In this document: positions 1 through 9,399 of the stretch, piece by piece | Numbering within the stretch: the first letter of the stretch is position 1 | Layout of the letters: every line of letters starts with the position of its first letter | Assembly: GCA_021613535.1 (NCBI GenBank) | Contig: CP075495.1 | Coordinates: 1,984,001 to 2,048,000 of the forward strand | Source of the DNA: Adineta vaga | Lineage: Eukaryota; Animalia; Rotifera | Reading direction: 5' to 3' | DNA: 64,000 bases | Made by a program: the position numbers and the translations under genes | The notes under the pieces: generated by a model | Seen by the model: the letters and a program-made list of their open reading frames with translations, nothing else | Database searches by the model: none | Told to the model about the DNA's origin: nothing

Positions 1-447
1 GGGCAGGTGATACGAAAAAAATGGAAATGCGTTTTTATGGCGCACATCAAATGTCAAAAAAATATTTTCTTTGAAATTATCGCAAACACCGGAAATTGAT
101 AGTAGATTGATGATGAGACGATAGATGTAGGTGGTAAGGTAGGTAGCTGAAAGGTTAAAGACGATAAGTAGAAAAATGAATTATTCGTAAATTGTTTTCG
201 GCAGCTTGCAATTGATCCTTAAGTATTTTACTAGGGTGTACTGTTTCTTCTGCAACTATCATACCAGAAAGGGTAATATTCAGTGTTCGTAGAAACTTTA
301 AACATACATGATTTCGATGCTGCGTCTCCTTTCATGCGACAATTGGTGTTCCATTTTGAGTTCGTCACAGGTACACTTCATCTTACTATGCATTTGAAGG
401 TATAACAAGGAAAAAAGTGAGACTTCCATATTTCAGTACTTCCACTA

Positions 448-2660
448 CACTCTTTAAAAAAAGGATTTTTAAGAAACCAAAAAGGATCTTCCCATGAGCA
501 CAAAATCGGAACCATTTATAGGTTCCGCATAAAAAAGGTTTCGTATAAAACCTTTTCCCGAAAAGGGATCATAGAGGTTTCGCGCAAAACTATTTTACAC
601 GTTAGAACCAAAAAGTGTTTGAAGAAAGGTCCAGTACCAAAATCGCTTGAATGAGAACACCTACAGTTCTGCACCAACCGTTTGACATCAAAGTATTCTT
701 ACCTAGCGATACACTAGGTGTCGCAGTAAAGGTTTACCACAGAATATTTTCGGCGATTCCAACAACCTACAATGGAAAAAAAGAATTTTTATTATTAATA
801 TTGAAATAAATTTATCTTTTCGAGAAAATGAACATCCTATAACAGGAAATAAGTTTTCATTATCGATATATACGAGCACATATATTTAGATGAATATACG
901 TTTTCTAAAAGGTATCGGTATTGTAATCGGCAATAAAATGCATGTTATTTGTATGTATATGGATATATGAGTATTAGCGATTATAGTCATGTACTATATA
1001 AAGAGCGGTAAGTATGACTGATATTGATAAGATATGAGGTATTACATTGCAAGTGCTATATATGATGTAAAAACAACACTTTTTGAGAGAGTTAAAGATA
1101 GTTTCTCTCTGTAATGGTAATCTTGCTCAGAAACAATAATAAAAGTACAGAAAACTGCGCTCCTCTTGTTAAACGTTATGTAAAAATTTAAAATAGAAAA
1201 CTGATACAACAGTTAGCACTCGAACGTTGCAATATAGTAACTATTTGCGCTAGTTTGATTTATTTAATTTCGCATTCTTTATATTAATCCTACTAAGATT
1301 TTCTCTCTCTTGAATTCACTATTTAGCATTAGCTGGTGCATTCAACTTATAATCTATTATTTTTGTATAACTTATTTAGTTACTAAAATGCTACTTGATT
1401 TCTCCCTTATAGGCTAACAAACACACACTCTTCTTTATTGTAGGGCGGATCGATGAGAACTTGGATTTCATTCACTACCAGATATTGCGACCATTTCATT
1501 CTTCATATTATGCTAAATATTTCCCCGATTTGAAAAGCGAAGTTCACACACCTGTAGCATCTTTCTGACTTTCTCGTAATTCGATTGCTTTGTCTTGTTT
1601 CGTTTCTTCTAAGTAAAATTTACACTATTCATCTGCGATCCTTCGCTTGTTCCCATCATCATCATTGATACTGGTGATCTTTGACACATTTCTGTGCTGC
1701 CGACAAAGTATTTGTTCTTAAAACAAACTTCTCATTGCTACTCACCATTAATTCTCGTTCTCAGAGAAAAGATCTAACACCTTTTGAAACTTTGCGTAAC
1801 TCTACAAACCACCCTATATTACACATTGACACTATCAATGCTTAACGAAGTTATACAAGGCGTCATAAGAAAACTGCGGGATCATCTGAAGATGAACGAA
1901 CTAAGCTATGTTCTCCTGCTCAGCACGCTAAAACTTCAACAATTGGCAGTTACCGCAAAAATACACAAAAAAATACAGAAGATTTATTACACTGTCGATA
2001 GCTGCCTACAAAAAATGTAAAACAGCCAGAACTATCGTGCACTATATATTGAACATACAAAAAGCCTACAAAACTATCTGTAGTTTTGCACATAGCATAC
2101 AGAACCTTTCGAACATTTGTGCAACTACCACTAGTTTCGCAGTTAATGTACAAAACCTCAGAGTGGTTTGCGAAACCCATCCTGGTTTCGTCGATAAAAT
2201 ACAAATCCTTATTATACTTTATGAAACAACGTTTGGCTTCGTAAGCCATGTAAAAAACCTTTGGATGCGTTTCGAAGCCATCACAGGTTTCGCAGATGAT
2301 TGACAGAACCTTAAAGAGATTTACCAAACTCCCTTCGGCTTCGTAGATATGGCACCGAGCCTTTGGAAAGTTTACAGAACTGTACCAGGTTCAGTATAAA
2401 CAAGGCGGAACCTTTAGAACACCCACTGAACCTTCAATAGTTCCGCACAAAAGATGCGTAATCATCAGTAGATTGGTTTGACAGATAAAGAACCTGTTGT
2501 GGGTTTAGTAGAAAAACTACGGAACTATGTATGCATTTCTGAACCTAAAAAGGTTTGCTTTGTCGGCTACAGAACTCTTCCACTCTGCCGAACTTATAGT
2601 AGTTCGCCCCAGAACTACTGAACCTTTGAAGTTTAGGAAAGTACCTTTGTTTTTAGAGCT
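448..2660. mobile_element. Non-autonomous CACTA/EnSpm (CMC)-like DNA transposon, degenerate
   Basis: Left end CACTCTTTAAAAAAAGG at 448 (preceded by TA). Right end CCTTTGTTTTTAGAG at 2644-2658 is an imperfect reverse complement (12/15); the terminal 2 nt do not match. Both arms (470-680 and ~2000-2650) are packed with GAACC/GGTTC/GGTTTCG subterminal motifs. No intact transposase. Confidence 0.55.
2050..2457. repeat. Eight-unit degenerate tandem array with exact 51-bp period
   Basis: A GGTTTCG-like motif recurs at 2082, 2133, 2184, 2235, 2286, 2337, 2388 and 2439. A GAACC-like motif starts each unit (2050, 2101, 2152, 2203, 2254, 2305, 2356, 2407). Bases between the motifs vary. Confidence 0.9.
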
Positions 2661-2741
2661 CAATATATCAGTTTTAACAAGTAAAATTTTGATGGGCAAA
2701 AATTTACTAAAAATATTTGAATTGACAAAACTCAAAATGTA

Positions 2742-2783
2742 ATGGGCAATTGCTCATTTGCTTCCCTCCTGGCTGCGCCACTG
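2742..2783 (-). mobile_element. Single hAT-like transposon terminus
   Basis: Minus strand reads CAGTGGCGCAGCCAGGAGGGAAGCAAATGAGCAATTGCCCAT, a GC-rich CAGTGGCG-type end typical of hAT-family TIRs. No partner end found in the window. Confidence 0.45.
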
Positions 2784-3080
2784 AAAAGAAAGATTCATGC
2801 CATCAAATCTTCTTACGGTATATGAGAATCATCAAAACGAACCAGAAGATGAAAAGATTTGTATGTCAAACATTATGCTGTTTTCACTTCCAAGGTCACT
2901 CGTTTTGTAATATCTTACTTAGTACCTTTATAAACAGAACAATTATTTAACCTTCTTTCTTCCATGCACAAAATGGGAATAATTATTTAGTGTTTTTGAC
3001 AAATCCATGCAGCTTTCACCAACATCATACTTTTTCTTTATTATTTGCAAGTAATTCATGAAATTCAATAAATTTTCATG

Positions 3081-3188
3081 TAGAATCCGACGATGGATTT
3101 CAGGACTCCTTTCAGATCCATGGTTCCAATGGAAGCTCGGATTCCGAAGAAGTCACGGAATTCTGGAGTCTGATGTTTCCCGCTTGGA
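3081..3188. repeat. GC-richer patch of GGAATCC/GGATTCC-like motifs, possible DNA transposon arm remnant
   Basis: Repeated gaatcc/ggattc/ggaattc/gatcc motifs in both orientations, with an abrupt boundary at CCCGCTTGG. Confidence 0.3.
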
Positions 3189-4355
3189 TAATATATGTTG
3201 ATCTAAAAGACAATTTTGCAAAGATGATAAGATACCATATCAATTTTTGAGTAGGCGTCCAATTCGACTTCGAATATAAGTGATGATTTTCAGAAAGCGT
3301 TCCTACTCATCACTTTTGATGGATAAAGATTTAGACTTTGTTATACTCATAAATATAATTTTTAAGCAGTGTCATATATGAGCATTATTTTGAATTATAA
3401 CGAATGATAACCAATATAAAACTATTCCTATATATTTCAATTCTTACAGAAAACATTTTGTGTGAAGTATAGTCGCATATAGATAAAAGAAAATATGTTC
3501 CTACTCAATAGAAAAACTCTAGCTCAAGTTTTGGGATTTGATTTCGAAATGATAGCAAATAGTGGAATGTGCATTTATATTCGAAGTAGCCAGCTCATGA
3601 TTAGTATTTTTGAAGGATATTCTCCAAGAAAAAATAGAATATGGAAAGTAAGATGATTTTGTTGAATGCAATTGCATGGTTGTCGTCTGTCGGACTATGA
3701 GTACCAATTGAAGTTTTCAGAGCAATATTAATCAGGAAAAAGATGTGTTTAGCTATTCTATCATAATAAATGATGGTGAATTCTGAAGTCAAGACGAATA
3801 ACTACGATCGTTCTTTTTGCTTAATAAATGTAAAACCATGAATAGAATAAGACTTCGTAAATTTGATTTAGTTTTTATACATGTTTTCATTAGCTAAAAC
3901 TGCATAAGAAGCAGATGAATTTATCTCAAGACATCTTCAAAATACTAAACTCGATTCAAATGCGTGACAGAACACGATGATGAATTTAAAAAATGGTGCA
4001 AACAACATTGTAGAAGGACATCTCACGAAAACCTATCTATATACCGCTAATAGAGAGAAAATAGTAGACTATGGATTCAAGTTAGGCTAATATGACCTTA
4101 CTTTGACTCACTTCTGACGATGACGATTCTTGTTCTCGTTTTCTGACTAATCAACGAAAACATGGTAACGCATATCTGATGTAATCATAATGCTGACGAT
4201 GCAGTATTTCTAATATCCAGTACTGAATATTAACTAGAAATACCGCATCATCACGCTACATATGTATGTACTATGCTTTTGTTGACCAATCACGCAGAGA
4301 GAACCGATAAAGATTGTTTTCGCATAGCACTTTTGCTTCGTCATCATTCAAAAGT

Positions 4356-4377
4356 ATATATATATATATATATATAT
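4356..4377. repeat. (TA)n microsatellite upstream of AS3MT
   Basis: Direct reading of the tatata run. Confidence 0.9.
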
Positions 4378-4448
4378 CGACGTGTATGTTTTAGTTAGTC
4401 CACTTCATCTTTTTACAAATATATATTCTCTCTATACACTATATCAAT

Positions 4449-6295
4449 ATGGCAACCGTACACGAAGACGTACAGAATTATTATGGCCAAGAATTACAGC
4501 AGTCAAGTGATCTAAAAACTGATGCTTGTTGTTCAAAGGCAAAAGTTCCTTCCTTCATTAAGGATATTCTTAAAAAAATCCATCCAGAAGTCGTAGCAAA
4601 GTAAATTCATACTAGATAATAAATACTTCATACAAATAGTTCAAGTACAATATAAATGACTATAAGGACATCTATTTTGCGATGACACACATATATACAG
4701 AAGTATATATTTCGAACTTTATTCTAACATATATCTTTTAAAGAATCAATAGTTTGTTTAAAACTGTAAACGTAATCAGTTTAAACTATTTCCAGCACAA
4801 ATATCTTTTCTATTTTAAAAAGTTTGAGTAAATGGTAATAGAAAAGGATCCGCTCTGTGACACTAGAAAACTATTTTTTGAAAGAATAATTAGTTCTATT
4901 TTCAATTCAATTTATATTTATTCATAGATATTATGGTTGTGGTTTGGTTTTTCCACCAAAACTTGAAGATTGTCGAGTTTTAGATCTTGGATCAGGATCA
5001 GGACGTGATGTTTATATTTTATCAAGTCTTGTTGGAGAACAAGGATATGTTGTTGGTGTTGATATGACTAAAGAACAAGTTATTATATTAATTTTCTTAT
5101 CGACCATTATAAAATTTAATTATCTCTATGTGTATTTTTTTATTTTTAACTTCAGCTTGATGTTGCTAATCTCTATATTGATTATCATACAAAACAATTT
5201 GGATTTTCAAAAGGAAATGTTGAATTTCGTTTGGGTAAAATTGAACAACTTACTGATGATTCTGAATTAAAACCGAATTCATTTGATGTGGTTGTGTATG
5301 TATTTATAATTCATATTTTGATTTGATTCTTACGTTTAATTTTCATAATCTCGTCATTATTATTATTATTGTTTAGATCAAATTGTGTTGTTAATTTAAG
5401 TCCTGATAAGAAGAAAGTTTTACAACAAGTGTATGAAATGTTGAAAGTAAGTGTTTTGAAGTGATTGAATTTTGTGAAAGAAAGAACGAAATGATAATTA
5501 GATGAGTTGAATATTTGTTTTTTTATTTGTAGCCTGGAGGTGAATTTTACTTCAGTGATGTTTATGCAGATCGGATAATTCCCGAAAAACTAAAAACAAA
5601 TAAGACTCTTTGGGGTAAGATTGTTTTGCATGATTACTCGATTAATATATAAATTGAAAGAGTCTGTTTTCTGCGTATTGTCATGTAAAGAATATTTCAG
5701 ACTTGTATGTATAATTTAGGTGAAGGATTAAGTGGTGCTTTGCTAAAAGATGATTTGATTGATGTAGCACTTGAGATTGGTTTCACACGACCGTGTTTGG
5801 TATCAAAACATCTGATTAATATTCTGAACGAAGAACTAAAACAATTAGTTGGTTAGATCCGTTTGTCTTGATATTCTTTCATCAAATAATGAACATATTT
5901 ACATTTAGAGGACATCAAGTACGCCTCATGTACTTATCGGTTATTTAAGAATAAATCTATTGATGATTCAAACATTTATAACAGTAAACTAGGCACTTTA
6001 GTTACTTATCAAACACCAATTATTCATTATGAAAATGAGTTTCAATTCAATGATTCAATAACATTTAAAGTATAATTCCACTATTCTAAATATTCATATT
6101 TATATAGTTATTATCTATAATTGTGTTTAGCTTAATGGTGAAGCTCAATATTTGGATAGTGATATGACAAAAATGTTGTTTGTATCAAGATATCAAAATA
6201 ATTTTAAATTTGAAGAAATAACTGATGAAAAAGTATGATAATGGAATAGATTGATTTATTCTGATTGTAATTTGTTTTAGCAAATATCAATTTAA
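4449..6295 (+). CDS. AS3MT: Arsenite methyltransferase-like (multi-exon, SAM-dependent)
   Basis: Spliced translation MATVHEDVQNYYGQELQQSSDLKTDACC...IHPEVVAK/YYGCGLVFP...VLDLGSGSGRDVY...SNCVVNLSPDKKKVL...PGGEFYFSDVYA...LWGEGLSGAL...TYRLFK. The 3' end is either the TGA at 6236-6238 or, after a last short intron, the TAA at 6293-6295. Confidence 0.93.
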
Positions 6296-6795
6296 AAAAA
6301 TAAAATATCATCGAATTGTTTCTATCATCAAGAAATTTCTTAAAAGAAAATTTTATTAACTTAAAAACATTATAATCACAAACGATATGTATATTTTCGA
6401 AAATAAAGTCTCTTGTAGTCAACAATCACGAAAATAATTCCATTGCGTTATCTACTCAGTATGGAATTACATATATATTAGCACGAAATTGAATAAACAA
6501 TCTGTTCTTTCAAAGTTAAGAAAAGAGATAAGCGGGAGATGAAATAATAGTTCTATTAACAATCACGATTATTGTTCGGAAAACTGTATGAAAATAAAAT
6601 GAAGAATCAACTTATTAAAATCTTATTGTAAATCGTATTATAGCGACACTTGTGTCAAATATTTCACTCATCCATTTTCTAAACTATTCACAGTTATTTT
6701 AATTACTAAAATAAATGATTATTACAGTTTTTGCAAGTAATGACTGATTGTTTTTCGATTTGCGTGGAAGTTTAAATTAATTTTCATAATATTTA

Positions 6796-6872
6796 TGTAT
6801 ATTCAACAAATGAAAAACTCAAAATTATTTTTGTATATTCAACAAATGAAAAACTCAAAATTATTTTTGTAT
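6796..6872. repeat. Perfect 36-bp tandem duplication (2 copies plus a partial)
   Basis: TGTATATTCAACAAATGAAAAACTCAAAATTATTTT at 6796 and 6832. Confidence 0.95.
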
Positions 6873-6911
6873 AGTAATACTTTAAATGACGGATATCAAT
6901 ATTTTAATGGT

Positions 6912-7095
6912 AATCCTCACCTATCTCATCTTCGTGCAAAAGCTATTCGTTAATAGTATGCTCAACGACAACATTCACACAACTCTGGTCAAACATCTTC
7001 ACATTCTCGTCCACCACCATCACAACCAGTAGCAACTATAAGATTATCTCCAAATGAAATTCGACGTGCTATAGAAGTTCGTCAATTCTTTTCTT
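6912..7095 (+). pseudogene. Pseudogenised paralogous fragment of the DHX36 N-terminus (RSM/DSM G-quadruplex-binding motif)
   Basis: Translates NPHLSHLRAKAIR**YAQRQHSHNSGQTSSHSRPPPSQPVATIRLSPNEIRRAIEVRQFF. The intact gene at 9400 reads [58 protein letters not shown]. The TTA TGG codons appear as TAA TAG (6951-6956). Confidence 0.88.
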
Positions 7096-7102
7096 TAATC
7101 AT

Positions 7103-7605
7103 CAGGGTATTTCCATGGGATCTCAACCACGTGTACAAAATTTTTCTCATATTTCCGTAAAACTTTCAGGGTTAATTGAGCCTTTAATTCTGATCTCTTT
7201 GATGAAAAAAATTCTTCGATCCCTTTCGTTTTCATAGAGAAAACGCTAAAATACTCCTATTATACACATGCAAAATACAAAGTGTTATGGTCACTCTTCG
7301 AAGGTTTTTTTCGATTTTCTCCTCGAAAATTAAGTCAAAACTTCAATGTAATATAGTCATTCGATTCTTGCTGATCAGGCGCATCGAACTGCGGTAAAAT
7401 TAGTAAAGGTTTTAAAAAAACCATTCTTAATATCAATTACTACACAACCAACTTGACAAAAGTTGCATATTTGTCCATATGTTACATGAGTTTTGAAAGA
7501 ATATTTTTTGATAATTTTATGAATAATAATTTAAAATTTTGATAAAATTTAAAGACTGTTTAGATGTTGTAAAACTCGTTTTTTCGTTGTAAATTTTTTA
7601 TTTTT
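7103..7605. mobile_element. Truncated MITE / Tc1-mariner-like non-autonomous insert
   Basis: Begins CAGGGTATTTCCATGGGATCTC exactly where DHX36 homology stops. The non-coding interior includes TCGATTCTTGCTGATCAGGCGCATCGAA. No matching right TIR seen, so the right boundary is approximate. Confidence 0.4.
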
Positions 7606-7635
7606 GAGCCCTTTAGCAATACTATTACATGATGA

Positions 7636-7890
7636 TTTCCTACACGAAGAAGGGTGTGGGTTTGGGTGCGTAAGCGTGAATACAAGACACCTACACCCGA
7701 TACAACAACAGGTCCTAGTCGACCAACAACAACAGATACCTATGCATGTCCGGTATTTCCGAAACGTTTCATGGAACGACGTTCATCCGAGGTGATTTGT
7801 GAATTAGAACTATGGAAAAAGGTAACTATGATTGGTCAAGCATCACGATGGGCATGGCGTGGTGTTTGTATGACTGTTAAACCATACTAA
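7636..7890 (+). pseudogene. Orphan terminal exon resembling a dynein heavy chain C-terminus
   Basis: ...DTYACPVFPKRF...VICELEL...RWAWRGVCMTVKPY* resembles the Y-x-CPVY...HW-x-x-RGVAL end of dynein heavy chains. AATAAA near 7949. In-frame TGA at 7633 and no upstream exons. Confidence 0.4.
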
Positions 7891-8094
7891 TTTCTATTGT
7901 CTGTCTCGTTTCTTTTTATGTGTTGATATGTTTGAATCTCATATACTTAATAAACAGAATCTCTGATGCTTTTCACATCATTGTATATGTGTTTATAGAG
8001 TTCTCACATGCTCACATAAGATTTTATGATGGGAATTACAGAAAATGGAAGTTATAACTAATTTGAAAAGTTTCATTTGTTGTTTTTGTTGTGA

Positions 8095-9027
8095 TCACTC
8101 TACTCGTACAACATTGAATCCAGCGCGAGGGAAATGAATGTTGACATCACCGACTTTCTCATCCGAAATTCGCAAGATAATCTCATACTGATCAATGGCT
8201 ACCAATTTTCCTTCAACTGGTACACAACCATAATCATCAGGAGTAACGCATAGATTTTCATCGATTTTCCATTCATGACTTGATTTTTGTGTAATATAAT
8301 TAGGTTCTACCGGTGTAGCTTGCTTAGTAATATCGAAAGCTTGTTCTTCTGTAAAATGTTCACTTATACCATGACCTAAAGCAGCAACACGTTCAAACCA
8401 TGAGAGAAGTACTCCTGGTCTGTATAAATCAGATAAAAGATGTTCAGCTTGTTCAGCACAATTACTTTTGATAAACCAAAGTGTATGATAAGTTGTAATA
8501 TCAAGTGCTGATGGATCTCCTAGAAGAAATGAACGTCCATCGGCTAGCATATCAATTAACCAAACTAAATGTGCATTGATATGTTGAAGATGTATCGATA
8601 ACTTTGCTTCATTTGTTTCTTTACTCAAATCAAGAGCAGGTGCAAGTCTCTTACGATCATTGATAAATTCGCTTGGCAATTTATCACCCTGAAAACTAGC
8701 CCAAACTCCGACTGCTGATAGAAATGTTGCTTTATCCCACCACCAACATAATGGTTGTGTTGTTTTATGAGAGAATAATGATGGTGTATTCGGTCGAAGT
8801 CGATCAAGTGTACGTAGAATAAGATGTGTATCACAATAAATATCAGCACCAACTTGAAGTACTGGTATACGACGATAACCACCAGTTAATGGTTCAAGAA
8901 AAGGTCGTGGTGGTATTGAACTAACGATAACTGAATACCAGTTCAGGTTTTTCAGACCCATTGCTAAACGAATCTTTTCAGAAAATGGGGAAGTATCGTA
9001 ATGATGAAGAATCAATTTTTCCGACAT
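8095..9027 (-). CDS. Glutathione S-transferase family protein, bacterial/fungal type, intronless (310 aa)
   Basis: MSEKLILHHYDTSPFSEKIRLAMG...LTGGYRRIPVLQVGADIYCDT... with the C-terminal TPDDYG...V.G.L...VNIHFPRAGF tail characteristic of the ~310-aa proteobacterial GST-like family. Single exon, ATG at 9027. Confidence 0.92.
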   Translation of the reverse strand: MSEKLILHHYDTSPFSEKIRLAMGLKNLNWYSVIVSSIPPRPFLEPLTGGYRRIPVLQVGADIYCDTHLILRTLDRLRPNTPSLFSHKTTQPLCWWWDKATFLSAVGVWASFQGDKLPSEFINDRKRLAPALDLSKETNEAKLSIHLQHINAHLVWLIDMLADGRSFLLGDPSALDITTYHTLWFIKSNCAEQAEHLLSDLYRPGVLLSWFERVAALGHGISEHFTEEQAFDITKQATPVEPNYITQKSSHEWKIDENLCVTPDDYGCVPVEGKLVAIDQYEIILRISDEKVGDVNIHFPRAGFNVVRVE

Positions 9028-9399
9028 TGCTATAATCAAAGGAAATGAATGTAGTTAAATATAAAATGCGCAAAACATGAGTACAACTATAAATATCAAT
9101 GTGATTTTTCTAGTAGAAAAGAAAGATAACGTCATATTTTGATACGACAATGTATTGAAAAAGATAATCTAATAGAATTTATTTATTTCATGTTCAATAT
9201 CACAACGACATCTGTCTGTATATTTTATTCATTGATTATCTACGCCATTCATATTTATTTCTCGAAAATAGTCGACTAGTAAGTAATTAACTAAAGAATT
9301 ATTATTCATTTTAAAATCAAAAACTCTAATTCATTTCTTTGTTTCTGTAGATAATCGTATTTAAATTCCATCTCATATTTTTTACAATAATTTTCAGTC

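Noticed and set aside
180-420. Possible decayed hAT transposase C-terminus on the minus strand (LVIPSNA..., QLSHERRR)
   Set aside because: Needs several stops and frameshifts; similarity too weak to support without a search.
1440-1730. Coding-looking minus-strand stretch inside the CACTA-like element
   Set aside because: Multiple stops and no recognisable family.
1950-2327. Overlapping ORFs on both strands with 17-aa periodicity
   Set aside because: By-product of the 51-bp quasi-palindromic DNA array. Both frames hit stops within the array and neither has an ATG start.
2050-2457. CRISPR-like repeat-spacer array
   Set aside because: Conserved parts are only 5-7 bp and degenerate, there are no cas genes, and the context is eukaryotic.
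3601-3948. Imperfect ~15-bp inverted repeat (TTAGTATTTTTGAAG / CTTCAAAATACTAA), possible MITE
   Set aside because: Short and AT-rich, so plausible by chance; no clear target-site duplication.
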